Source: a virus
Strand: one strand, 5' to 3'
IMG/VR virus record: IMGVR_UViG_3300035698_016128
Span: 1-64,000 of that record
DNA length: 64,000 nt
In this document: positions 8,884 through 17,959 of the stretch, one piece after another
How positions within the stretch are numbered: the first letter of the stretch is position 1
How the letters are laid out: every line of letters begins with the position of its first letter
The notes under the pieces: generated by a model
The model's database searches: none
The model's input: the letters and a program-made list of their open reading frames with translations, nothing else
What the model was told of the DNA's origin: nothing
Program-made: the position numbers and the translations under genes

Positions 8884-10467
8884 CTAGCGTATTAAGGTGT
8901 GTTCAATTAGGTCTTTCCAAAACCTGCTATTCTTATATACATCAATGTGTTCATCATAATATTGTAAGTATCTTTTATGGCTAATGGTTGACAACATATA
9001 ATGTGCTATCGCTTGCCATGGGTAGCTTCGAATAACGTTTTGAAAATATTCTTCAGCAACATCTAGCTTGCCCATTCTCACATTTGCATTTTCTATAAAA
9101 TTAACCATGATGTTCATGTAGTATGCGTACTCTTCTATCTCCACAGGGTTAATACCCGGAGCCCGTATGTTGCACCGAGATGCCACATGGTCAGAGTAAC
9201 TATCATCCACAAAGTAATCGTTCTCCTTACATATTTCAAAAAGCCTACTTCCTGCAATTGGTATCGCTATGAATATGTATGCCCAATCAATATTCAGTTC
9301 AATTAAAAAATTAAGAGTCTCAGTTCTATGCTCATCGAGTTCTCCTGGAATCCCAATCACAATGAATACATGGATTCTCATTTTATATTTTCTTAATATT
9401 GAAACCACTTCTTTTATCTTCCTGGTAGTCAACGGCTTATCAATGACCTTTCTCAAAACATGATCTGAGCCAGACTCGATGGCAAGCACAACCACCTTAA
9501 CCCCTGCATCACTTAGTGCCATAGCGATATCATCATCTATCTTATACGCAGCAAGTCCGTTTGGAAATTCAACATGAATGCCTTTCTCTTTTATTAACTG
9601 CAATATCCTTATAGCTCTTTCTTTATTATATAGGAAATGATCATCTTCAACAATCAACAGGGTCATACCATAGTTGGTAATATAGTGATCTATTGTTTCG
9701 GCAACACGCTCGAACGACATCATTCTGACCTTCTTGCCATGGAGCCTACCGTTGGCGCAGAATACACAGTTGAAGGGACACCCCCTTGATGTGTGTATGC
9801 TCACTTCGACCTTCTTGATTGATGGGTCTTTCTCTATATAAGATCTTCCATTGTATTTTCTTATATTTATATATGAAAAATCTATTAATGGGATATCATC
9901 AATCTCATATACCATATCGTATTGGGGAATTTGTTCCTGAGCCAACGACGCCTTGGTTATCCATGCAGGACTGATAGAGGGCAGGTCTTCTATTTCAACA
10001 TCTGCCTTAAGCATCTTCCGTACTGGCATCTCGCCTTCCCCAAAACATATTGCATCAATGTCAGGGTACTCTTCAAATAACTCTTTATATAGATTTGTTG
10101 CCAACCCACCACCAACAATAATTGGAACATCAAAATATTTCTTTATCCTACTGACCATACTCATGTGGGGGAAGCTAGTATTGAACAGAGCAGATATGCA
10201 TACGTAATCAGGTTCGAACATCAACATAGCCATTACAATAGAATCAAAGACTACGCCATGCAGAGTTCCACAATGTAGATTTTCAAGGATTATCTTATTA
10301 CAATCAAAAATTTCAAACTCGCACGAATCACTCTTGCCCACATACGATATTACTGATAACGCACCATATGGCGGAGTGAGGAAATACTTCTTTTGGCCAG
10401 GACCCTTTGGCACATAGCTATCAAAGGAGCCATGAGGTGGGATTATAAATAGAATTTTTTTAGCCAA
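8884..10467 (-). CDS. Cobalamin-binding (class B) radical SAM protein
   Basis: PPYGALSV and IIVGGGLAT B12-domain motifs, GEGE, TSRGCPFNCVFC, EDDHF, IESGS. Confidence 0.92.
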   Translation of the reverse strand: MAKKILFIIPPHGSFDSYVPKGPGQKKYFLTPPYGALSVISYVGKSDSCEFEIFDCNKIILENLHCGTLHGVVFDSIVMAMLMFEPDYVCISALFNTSFPHMSMVSRIKKYFDVPIIVGGGLATNLYKELFEEYPDIDAICFGEGEMPVRKMLKADVEIEDLPSISPAWITKASLAQEQIPQYDMVYEIDDIPLIDFSYINIRKYNGRSYIEKDPSIKKVEVSIHTSRGCPFNCVFCANGRLHGKKVRMMSFERVAETIDHYITNYGMTLLIVEDDHFLYNKERAIRILQLIKEKGIHVEFPNGLAAYKIDDDIAMALSDAGVKVVVLAIESGSDHVLRKVIDKPLTTRKIKEVVSILRKYKMRIHVFIVIGIPGELDEHRTETLNFLIELNIDWAYIFIAIPIAGSRLFEICKENDYFVDDSYSDHVASRCNIRAPGINPVEIEEYAYYMNIMVNFIENANVRMGKLDVAEEYFQNVIRSYPWQAIAHYMLSTISHKRYLQYYDEHIDVYKNSRFWKDLIEHTLIR

Positions 10468-11737
10468 GGAGACTCACCCACCCTTTCAGTAATTTATCAT
10501 CTGGAAAATAACTTAGGTACTGCCGGGGACTGCCCTTGCTATGCGAACGCCATTGCAAATTTGAATTAAATAACTCTACTATATCATCATCTTTGTTTTT
10601 TTCAAATACCTTACCGTAATCGCCCAGTGATTCAATAAAAATCTTATAACCACATTCCTTATTATTGTCTAATGCCTTCCAACTTCGCTTTCGTTTTTGC
10701 CCAAGCATTAAGTTATGAAATGTGCTGTTCCAAGAAGAAATCATCTTGCCTGTATCATACAGCCTGATAATATACTTCTGCATTAACTCAATTATACTTG
10801 GTATCTTACTCTTCTCCTTATAAAGAAATTCGATATTGTGTACGTATTCCTCTTCGTTGTTACAAACAAACCTAACCAAACTTTGGAATAGTATATACTC
10901 TTCTGCCGGATTCTTCATGACAATCGGAATGATCCCTGCGGCTATTGCCTCACCCAATACCTGTTCGCAGGTTCCAAAATGATTTGGATTAAGTGGGTAG
11001 CCAAACACATCAATGATTGCAAGGTATGATTTAATATCTTTTATTACACCAGTGAATTCAAACTTAGATTCAAGCCCACGCTCTCTTACTTGTTGTTTAA
11101 TCTTCTCAGCATCACACCCGCCACCTATTATAATAAATTTAACATCCGGTATATTAATCTTGCTACAGATATCAATAAAATTTGGATGTAACTTTGAGTA
11201 ATCCAAAGTCCCTATACAACCAATATTAAACCCATCATGCGAAACTGGCTTTACATCAAGATACTCATCAACATTGCCAGTAGTCCATATTTGCCCCAAC
11301 CTTCCCTTTAACCTTTCCGGTAGCCCTATTATCTCTTTAGCCTTAAGGCTTATGGGCGAAGCAAAAACAAACATATCTGAAAACTCTATAAGCTTCTCAG
11401 AGAATACATATGGGGCATTCAGCCCAGACACGTGAGACCAAAAACACATGCGGCACTCTGGTATATCCGCAGTGGTAAGGAATTTGAATAATAGAGGATG
11501 ATTCCAAAAATGAATAATGACTATATCAGAATTTTTTATATGCTTATATATGCCAGAATAATTGTCGTTCATATTCTCATGAACTATCTTAGAATCATAC
11601 TCTTCATAATAATTATAATTCAGACACAAAATAGTATGCATATTTGTGTCATCCTTATTAATCCAATTCATTAGAACAGTGCCTATGCCACCGCCAAGAT
11701 GAACAGTAATGTGCAAAACCTTATTCGCACGTTGCAT
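10460..11737 (-). CDS. GT-B fold (GT4-like) glycosyltransferase
   Basis: VLHITVHLGGGIG N-terminus, IIIGGG, and FGTCEQVLGEAIAAG (Ex7E-like region). Confidence 0.8.
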   Translation of the reverse strand: MQRANKVLHITVHLGGGIGTVLMNWINKDDTNMHTILCLNYNYYEEYDSKIVHENMNDNYSGIYKHIKNSDIVIIHFWNHPLLFKFLTTADIPECRMCFWSHVSGLNAPYVFSEKLIEFSDMFVFASPISLKAKEIIGLPERLKGRLGQIWTTGNVDEYLDVKPVSHDGFNIGCIGTLDYSKLHPNFIDICSKINIPDVKFIIIGGGCDAEKIKQQVRERGLESKFEFTGVIKDIKSYLAIIDVFGYPLNPNHFGTCEQVLGEAIAAGIIPIVMKNPAEEYILFQSLVRFVCNNEEEYVHNIEFLYKEKSKIPSIIELMQKYIIRLYDTGKMISSWNSTFHNLMLGQKRKRSWKALDNNKECGYKIFIESLGDYGKVFEKNKDDDIVELFNSNLQWRSHSKGSPRQYLSYFPDDKLLKGWVSLLG

Positions 11738-12434
11738 GTAAGTCCACCCATCCCAGAGCTAATTCCTGATTGTCAATTCCCTTCAACTCTTTATATTTCA
11801 TGTAACGTGTGAGCGCCTCGTCAATGCCCAACCATTTGTCAGCAGGAAGGTAAACGCCAAATGGCCCCGAAGAGAACTTGGTGAACATAAAGTCTGTGCC
11901 TTTACATCTGTCCTCATGCATAGCCTGATTCACTAACTGAAAACGATTATAACCAGCCACATGAAGGTAGCTGAATATCTCATAGTAATCAAAGCGGGAT
12001 AACTCGAATGATACAAACTTTGGTCGAAAACTTTTAATATCGGCGAGCAATTGTTTGGCAACTATTATATCGTTGCCCTCTATGTCCACCTTCATATAGT
12101 ATGGTTCGCCAAAACGATATAATTCCTTCAGGGATATCGCCCGGATTAACACTTCGATTGCCGTACTGCCATCCCATGTAACTTTGTTTTTTATGCAACT
12201 GCTCCAATCTGTATTTTGAGGGTGAATGTAAAATGCCACATGCCCTTGGTTATTGGAAATTGCGTTGTTCAATAGCACGAGCCTTTCACTCAATATCTCT
12301 TTTGCGAACCTTATCCTTCCAAAATTTGCGAGATTAGGATTTGCCTCAACAGCAATTACCTTAAATCCCTTATGAAGATAATACGCAGTGTCATCGCCGT
12401 TATGGAACCCTAAATCAAAAATATATTCGCTCAT
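11721..12434 (-). CDS. FkbM-family methyltransferase
   Basis: IFDLGFHNGD, VIAVEANP and MKVDIEG motifs. Confidence 0.88.
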   Translation of the reverse strand: MSEYIFDLGFHNGDDTAYYLHKGFKVIAVEANPNLANFGRIRFAKEILSERLVLLNNAISNNQGHVAFYIHPQNTDWSSCIKNKVTWDGSTAIEVLIRAISLKELYRFGEPYYMKVDIEGNDIIVAKQLLADIKSFRPKFVSFELSRFDYYEIFSYLHVAGYNRFQLVNQAMHEDRCKGTDFMFTKFSSGPFGVYLPADKWLGIDEALTRYMKYKELKGIDNQELALGWVDLHATCE

Positions 12435-13381
12435 ATATTCAACACCGCCCCTCTGAAACCAATATTTAAAAGCTTTTCCCTGAGTACATTCTTGTGCGCC
12501 ATTGCCGTTATGACCACAGTGGCACTATCGTCAAGCGATGCAAGCACACTCTCATCGTTAACCTTCAACCCATTTACCGTAAGCGTTTGCTTATAAGGAT
12601 TATTATCAACTAAAATCTTATTTGGGAAATCAGAAAATAATTTATTAATAAACATAAACTCTCTTCCAATTCCCCAAAAACATACCTGCCTATCTTTTGA
12701 TAAAGTGTTGACTGCCTTCTCTATCTTACGAACCCCATGATCCAAATACCATTTGATGCTATTTCTGAGCCGAAAATATTTACGATCAATGGCTGGTAAT
12801 TTACAATCGGTATTTCTCTGTAGCAACACAGTCATAACAGGCATCTGCATTGCCTCGCTCATGATGGGCATGCTCCCGCCCTGCTCAACCTTCACCATCC
12901 CAAAACCATTCAGCCTCGCAAGGTACAATAGATGAAGTAAATCAAAGTGATGAATATGCTCTCTTATTATTACCCAATATGGTTTGAAGAAATCGTACTC
13001 AATATACCTTGAGGCATCAGGTGCGCCTATGCAGACATATTCATTGTCCTTATTGAAGAATGTTTCCAAAACATCTGAATGCTCAATCATCTGGTCAAAC
13101 ACACCTACTGATTTAGAATTTCCAATGAAATTTTTTATCTGCTCCTCTCTGACATGATCCATTCTCTTCTCAGAGGCATTCTGATTACAACTGGTATACT
13201 CATGCAGATAATATTCTTGAAGCTCATTGAGTTCTTCATTTATGAGATCATTAAATACATGCCCGCAGCGATCGCAACATACCAACCGCACCACATTGTA
13301 CAATAGTGAACCGTCAAACCTATCGCATGGTATCACGCATATGGTAGTAATGCTCTTTTCCTTGCATATTGGACAATTCAT
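12431..13381 (-). CDS. Methyltransferase-like protein (Zn-binding N-terminus, Rossmann-like C-terminus) lacking the SAM-binding core
   Basis: CPIC...CDRCG, MIEH, APDA...EHIHHF and WGIG...LVDNN are present; there is no LDxGxG motif I. Start placed at the ATGA overlap at 13381. Confidence 0.7.
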   Translation of the reverse strand: MNCPICKEKSITTICVIPCDRFDGSLLYNVVRLVCCDRCGHVFNDLINEELNELQEYYLHEYTSCNQNASEKRMDHVREEQIKNFIGNSKSVGVFDQMIEHSDVLETFFNKDNEYVCIGAPDASRYIEYDFFKPYWVIIREHIHHFDLLHLLYLARLNGFGMVKVEQGGSMPIMSEAMQMPVMTVLLQRNTDCKLPAIDRKYFRLRNSIKWYLDHGVRKIEKAVNTLSKDRQVCFWGIGREFMFINKLFSDFPNKILVDNNPYKQTLTVNGLKVNDESVLASLDDSATVVITAMAHKNVLREKLLNIGFRGAVLNI

Positions 13382-14346
13382 ATTTTCTCCAGAAGTCTTC
13401 CTGCAAGGGCATCTATATTCTCGGGTTGACCAGCAACTAACTGATTGCAACTCGAACACGGATTAAGAAGGTACCTGTTCCCAGCAAGCATCACTCGGCG
13501 CATACGCCTGAAGCGTTCGCTATTCCATACTTCCTTGACGCTCTTGCCAAGCACGTCCCCAATAACAAGCTTCCTGTTCCAATCAAGAAAACAGGCGCTC
13601 ACCTTGCCGTCGTGATTTATGCAGAAGGAGTAGAATATATAAGGACATACGTCTACACTTGTAAGCGGTTGCCCATACACTCCAACATCAGAATTAACTT
13701 TCACATCGTTCATCTCAAAATCATTCCAGCAATTCATGACATGCTCTATCGCAATGCCATCGGAAATAGGTTTGAATATATGAATGAACTTCTGCTGGTC
13801 TTCTTCGGAAATGACATCGCCATTTATCTTAATAAATATAGTACAATTCCCTCGGTTCTCGTAGAGATGCTGTATGTTATCCACATAACGCTGAAAATCA
13901 ATTGTAACGCCACTGAAGCGCTTGTACTGGTCAGCGGTCACCCCGTTGACGGAAACGTTAATACGGTCTATTCCTGCCCCTATCAGGTCCATATTTAACA
14001 CAGGGTTGAACAAACTTCCGTTCGTGGTGGTGTCAATGTCATCGGCCACACCTTTATCCTTAGCCTCCTTCACCATATCTGCAAAGCGGGGATTGAGAAG
14101 AGGCTCGCCAAAGGCATAAAGCCTCAGCGTTTTAATTGGAGTATCAAACTCTTGTATATCGCGCATGATCTTCTGATACAGCCGCCACTCCATGATACCC
14201 TTGCTCGGCATCTTCTTACCAAACTGAAAGCAGAACTTACACTTGAAGTTGCATACAGAGGCAGGGTCCACATTTATTACAAACGGGGTAGCCAACGGCA
14301 ACGCAGGACCAAGCGGCACTTTGCCTTCTTCGCGTATTCTTTTCAT
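13378..14346 (-). CDS. Radical SAM protein with a SPASM/twitch domain
   Basis: DPASVCNFKCKFC, FGEPLLNP, CPYIF...VSACFLDW...CSSC; ATGA-coupled start at 14346. Confidence 0.92.
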   Translation of the reverse strand: MKRIREEGKVPLGPALPLATPFVINVDPASVCNFKCKFCFQFGKKMPSKGIMEWRLYQKIMRDIQEFDTPIKTLRLYAFGEPLLNPRFADMVKEAKDKGVADDIDTTTNGSLFNPVLNMDLIGAGIDRINVSVNGVTADQYKRFSGVTIDFQRYVDNIQHLYENRGNCTIFIKINGDVISEEDQQKFIHIFKPISDGIAIEHVMNCWNDFEMNDVKVNSDVGVYGQPLTSVDVCPYIFYSFCINHDGKVSACFLDWNRKLVIGDVLGKSVKEVWNSERFRRMRRVMLAGNRYLLNPCSSCNQLVAGQPENIDALAGRLLEKI

Positions 14347-14993
14347 ATTATTTCTGGTAACTCCCAATTGGGCTTCAGGAAGGCTTCTTTTTTATTGTAC
14401 CTGCCGGGTTGAAAGAAGTTACCGAATATAAATAAATCAGGAAGTAAGACTATATCATCAGGGAATTGCCCCCTCAACCTGACAGCATAACGACCATCAT
14501 CCCATTTATGATTATTGCCAAATCTATTTTGTTTTAAAATTTCTCCTTTCACAATATACATTCCCATTCCAATATTACATACTCGAACATCTTCAATAGA
14601 AGAGATTCGTATTGGCGTCCACGGATGCGGTTCCGAATCGTCACCAGTCGGAATGCTATCGCCTCTGTAAACAGAGAACATTATTATTTTGGCAGTCTGC
14701 TCTCTTATTACATCGAAGAATTCTGGCTCATACATATCATCATCACCCATGAAACCATAATAATCATCATCAATGATTTCTTGGGTATCAGCAAAATCAT
14801 CTATTTTTTTATAGCACATGTCCGTAGGCAATAATTCATCAGTACGAACAGGGTGTATCCAATCTCTATCAAAGCGTGCTTCTGAATCGTGCCCTATGAC
14901 AGGATGCCACTCGATACCCATGGGCTCCAAATAATGAATTAGAGTCGGTATAAGATGCGTTCTAAAGAACGGAGTGATTATGTGTATTTTCAT
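14343..14993 (-). CDS. GT-A fold glycosyltransferase-like protein (paralog B)
   Basis: IHIITPFFR N-terminus and YYGFMGDDD DxD motif; tandem paralog of 15005-15658. Confidence 0.75.
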   Translation of the reverse strand: MKIHIITPFFRTHLIPTLIHYLEPMGIEWHPVIGHDSEARFDRDWIHPVRTDELLPTDMCYKKIDDFADTQEIIDDDYYGFMGDDDMYEPEFFDVIREQTAKIIMFSVYRGDSIPTGDDSEPHPWTPIRISSIEDVRVCNIGMGMYIVKGEILKQNRFGNNHKWDDGRYAVRLRGQFPDDIVLLPDLFIFGNFFQPGRYNKKEAFLKPNWELPEII

Positions 14994-15004
14994 ATGATAG
15001 TTTC

Positions 15005-15658
15005 CTAACCTATGATTTGTGGCAATTCCCATGTGGGTTTTAAAAATGCTTCCTTGTTGGTAAATCTTCCTAATTGAAAATAATTAAAAAATGAATACAT
15101 ATCTGGTAAAAGATGTATTTCATTTGGATATGTATTTCTCAGGCGCTCTATATAATGCCCATCGTTACAGGTTGCCGAATTACCGAATCTATGCTTTTTA
15201 AAAATCTCACCTTTGATTATATATTGCGATAAATGAATGTGGCCTGTTCGTATATCTTTTAATCCACTAATCTTAAGAGTGGAGCATGGGTGCTTCGTAG
15301 GCGCATTATCTCTTGGAACGCTATCGCCTCTGTACAATGAGCAAACAATTATCTTGGCAGTCTGTTCTCTTATTACATCAAAAAATCCTGGCTCATACAT
15401 ATCATCGTCACACATAAAGCAATAGTAATCGCCGTCAATGATTTCCTGAGTGTCGGCAAAATCATTAATTTTACGATAGCACATGTCCGTAGGCAATAAT
15501 TCAATAACCTTAACCGGGTGAATCCAATCTCTATCGAATGGAATATCTTCCTTCGGCGCAACTACGGGGTGCCACTCGATACCCATAGGTTCTAAATGTT
15601 GAATAAGGGTATTCACCAAGTGTGTCCTGTAGAAAGGAGTGATTATGTGAATCTTCAT
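15005..15658 (-). CDS. GT-A fold glycosyltransferase-like protein (paralog A)
   Basis: IHIITPFYR and YYCFMCDDD DxD motif. Confidence 0.75.
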   Translation of the reverse strand: MKIHIITPFYRTHLVNTLIQHLEPMGIEWHPVVAPKEDIPFDRDWIHPVKVIELLPTDMCYRKINDFADTQEIIDGDYYCFMCDDDMYEPGFFDVIREQTAKIIVCSLYRGDSVPRDNAPTKHPCSTLKISGLKDIRTGHIHLSQYIIKGEIFKKHRFGNSATCNDGHYIERLRNTYPNEIHLLPDMYSFFNYFQLGRFTNKEAFLKPTWELPQIIG

Positions 15659-15660
15659 TA

Positions 15661-16398
15661 TTACCCTCTTTTATTAAAGGCATTATCGTGATACACATAT
15701 GTGACAGGCTCCATATAAGGCAGAAGGCCGAACTTCTTTCTTATCAGGCCGCACCACCAACTGTCGCTACCATAATGGTTACTGTGTTCTCCAATTTTAA
15801 TGTGATTGATAAGTTCTCGCCACATGACACAGCACGAGAAATTATTATAGCAACACTCAACGGGGGTAGTGGGAATGCGGGGGTCAGTGTATGGGACATG
15901 CAGGAAGTCATGAAGTTTTTCTCTGGAATTTTCCTTTTTCTTTCCAGCCCAGTAAACAGTTTTATTTGCATACAACACGAGGGGGGTTATAGAACTATAC
16001 GTAGGATTTGCCTTCAATCCATCCACAAGCTTCTGTAGCCAATCTGGGTTTTCCTCTGGTATGTACGCATCATCGTTGAATAGGCAAATGAATTGCCCAT
16101 CGGATACCCTGAAGGCCCGCATGATATTTGCACCATACAGCAATTGGGCATCTCCAAAAACAACTTTTATCTTTTCTGATTGGATACTTTCGAGGTATGC
16201 CTTTAGCTCGTCATTGGGGCTGGCATCATCAGAAATGCATATTTCAAAATCAGGGTAGGATGTATAATTCAAGATACTCTCTATACATCTCTTTGCTTCA
16301 TTTGGAAGATTGAAGGTGGGAATTAAAATTGAGACCTTACCAGCGACACCAGACTTAGCTACGTCAACTTCTTCAAACATTACAACCTCCTTATACAT
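15661..16398 (-). CDS. GT2-family glycosyltransferase
   Basis: VSILIPTFN, ISDDAS, ICLFNDD and SDSWWC motifs. Confidence 0.9.
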   Translation of the reverse strand: MYKEVVMFEEVDVAKSGVAGKVSILIPTFNLPNEAKRCIESILNYTSYPDFEICISDDASPNDELKAYLESIQSEKIKVVFGDAQLLYGANIMRAFRVSDGQFICLFNDDAYIPEENPDWLQKLVDGLKANPTYSSITPLVLYANKTVYWAGKKKENSREKLHDFLHVPYTDPRIPTTPVECCYNNFSCCVMWRELINHIKIGEHSNHYGSDSWWCGLIRKKFGLLPYMEPVTYVYHDNAFNKRG

Positions 16399-16410
16399 TT
16401 GAGGTTTATT

Positions 16411-17352
16411 CTACGCCTTATTACTATTGGCGTATTTCTTTACCTGCCGGAGGATGACCCGGATGCCGGTTTCCTCTTCAACCTTCGTTCGCATTGAGTC
16501 AACAAGCGCCTGACTGCTGGCACCGTATGGGTTGAGAGTTGCCTCCTTGCACCCAAGTTTGCCAAGCTTCGCAAGCAATTCTATGTTGACATTCGTTATA
16601 GCATCATTGAACGCAAAACTCAAACCATGTTCGCTCAACGCAGTGGCGATACTTATGGCCCGTTGGCGGTCAAAACAGAAGGCTTCATCCCCAAAATAAA
16701 AACTCTTAATGCCATATGCCTTGACCACGTTGATGACTTCGTTCATGATGCGCTTCACACCGAATGTCTTCAGCCCCGGACAAAGCCACGTGTTGCGGTA
16801 GGGGCTTCCACGGGTGGACATAATCATCACAGCCTTCTTCTCATTGAGCTTCCGGTTGTAGCTTCCCATGTCCACAAGGTGACGGCTCGGAAGGGGCAGT
16901 TCATTCAGGTTCCGTACTTCAGCTTTGTACACGTTCTTTGCTTCCGAAGTGCGGTTGTGAAAAGAGTCCTGCAGGAACAGGCGCATTGCATTCTCAGCTT
17001 CTCCGCGGATGACCACATCAAACAGATCGTCGTTGGCAAATGTGGGAACATCCTTGCTTGGGCCTGAGCCACAAACAATGATGCTACAGTTTTTATTTAC
17101 CTCACGACACTGCTGTGCAATTTCTCTTGCAAGGGCGAGCCGCTTCCTGTCCACGTACATCACGTACAGAACGCAGTGACCGAAGCTCCACATGTTTCGC
17201 TCGATGCCATTGAGGTCGTTGACTCTGACCTTCAGGCCATGCTTCTCAAGCCGGGGGGCAAGCTGGAGCAGAAACATAGGGGGATCAAGTCGCCTACGGA
17301 ATACATTTGAAAATGGCAGATTGATAAGTTCTACTCTCATGGCGTGCCTCAC
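16411..17352 (-). CDS. Degenerate cobalamin-binding radical SAM homolog (cluster motif lost, barrel truncated)
   Basis: PPMFLLQLA, RGEAE, LPLPSRHL and FYFGDEAF align with class B radical SAM landmarks, but STRGSPYRNTWLC replaces TSRGCPxxCxFC. Confidence 0.8.
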   Translation of the reverse strand: MRHAMRVELINLPFSNVFRRRLDPPMFLLQLAPRLEKHGLKVRVNDLNGIERNMWSFGHCVLYVMYVDRKRLALAREIAQQCREVNKNCSIIVCGSGPSKDVPTFANDDLFDVVIRGEAENAMRLFLQDSFHNRTSEAKNVYKAEVRNLNELPLPSRHLVDMGSYNRKLNEKKAVMIMSTRGSPYRNTWLCPGLKTFGVKRIMNEVINVVKAYGIKSFYFGDEAFCFDRQRAISIATALSEHGLSFAFNDAITNVNIELLAKLGKLGCKEATLNPYGASSQALVDSMRTKVEEETGIRVILRQVKKYANSNKA

Positions 17353-17633
17353 ACATTTACGATTTTTTGTGCTCCTTTTCTCTTCGTACTCTTGCCAAGA
17401 ATCTTGGCAGTTTCCTTAGCCGCACCAACGAAGCTCACATTTACGACATCCCCCAAACGCAACACAACATCTTCCCTCATGTTAATTGCATTCTTCTTTA
17501 TGGCACCACTTGGCAAAGTAAGATCATAGGTACCATCCGCATTCTTGGAATATATGGTAGCATCCGTGATGTTATCAATCTGTTCACTCTTCGAAACTTC
17601 ACGGATAAGTCCTAACAGGTTAGTCTGTGGCAT
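17349..17633 (-). CDS. Small tail-associated protein (OB-fold-like)
   Basis: ATIYSKNADGTYDLTL...LGDVVNV pattern; coupled to its neighbours. Confidence 0.55.
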   Translation of the reverse strand: MPQTNLLGLIREVSKSEQIDNITDATIYSKNADGTYDLTLPSGAIKKNAINMREDVVLRLGDVVNVSFVGAAKETAKILGKSTKRKGAQKIVNV

Positions 17634-17944
17634 TATTCGCCCTCCTCATGTTGTTCAATGCCAACAAAGGAGAAAACACCTTGCCGTGAAATATTGATCC
17701 TATGCTTCGTTATGATATGATTGCCTGCAATATTTAGGGCGCTTTCGTTTACTGAAGCCACAGAAGCAATGTCTGTGCTGTCCTTAAATGGCGCACGCAC
17801 TTCCCGCCCCCTCACCTTGTACCACTTGCTGTCGATGAAGTGCTTCCCACGCTGTACGGCAATATGCTCGGTGACAATGAGCGGATCACTGATCTCTGAG
17901 GCTTCCTTATCGCCAAGGCCACGAATACAAATAATATCAATCAT
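17633..17944 (-). CDS. Small tail-tip-associated protein
   Basis: DIICIRGLGDK...ISDPLI motif resembles a prophage tail-region family recalled from memory; GGGGA SD. Confidence 0.55.
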   Translation of the reverse strand: MIDIICIRGLGDKEASEISDPLIVTEHIAVQRGKHFIDSKWYKVRGREVRAPFKDSTDIASVASVNESALNIAGNHIITKHRINISRQGVFSFVGIEQHEEGE

Positions 17945-17959
17945 GACATCCCCTGATAA

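Noticed and set aside
14343-15658. Paralog pair as a diversity-generating retroelement template/variable region
   Set aside because: Differences are not confined to adenines, both copies are full genes, and no reverse transcriptase is in the window.
5882-17352. Host LPS locus mis-assembled into a phage contig
   Set aside because: The cluster overlaps the last tail gene by ATGA and runs into lysis-like genes on the same strand, with no transport or nucleotide-sugar genes; read mapping would still be the final check.
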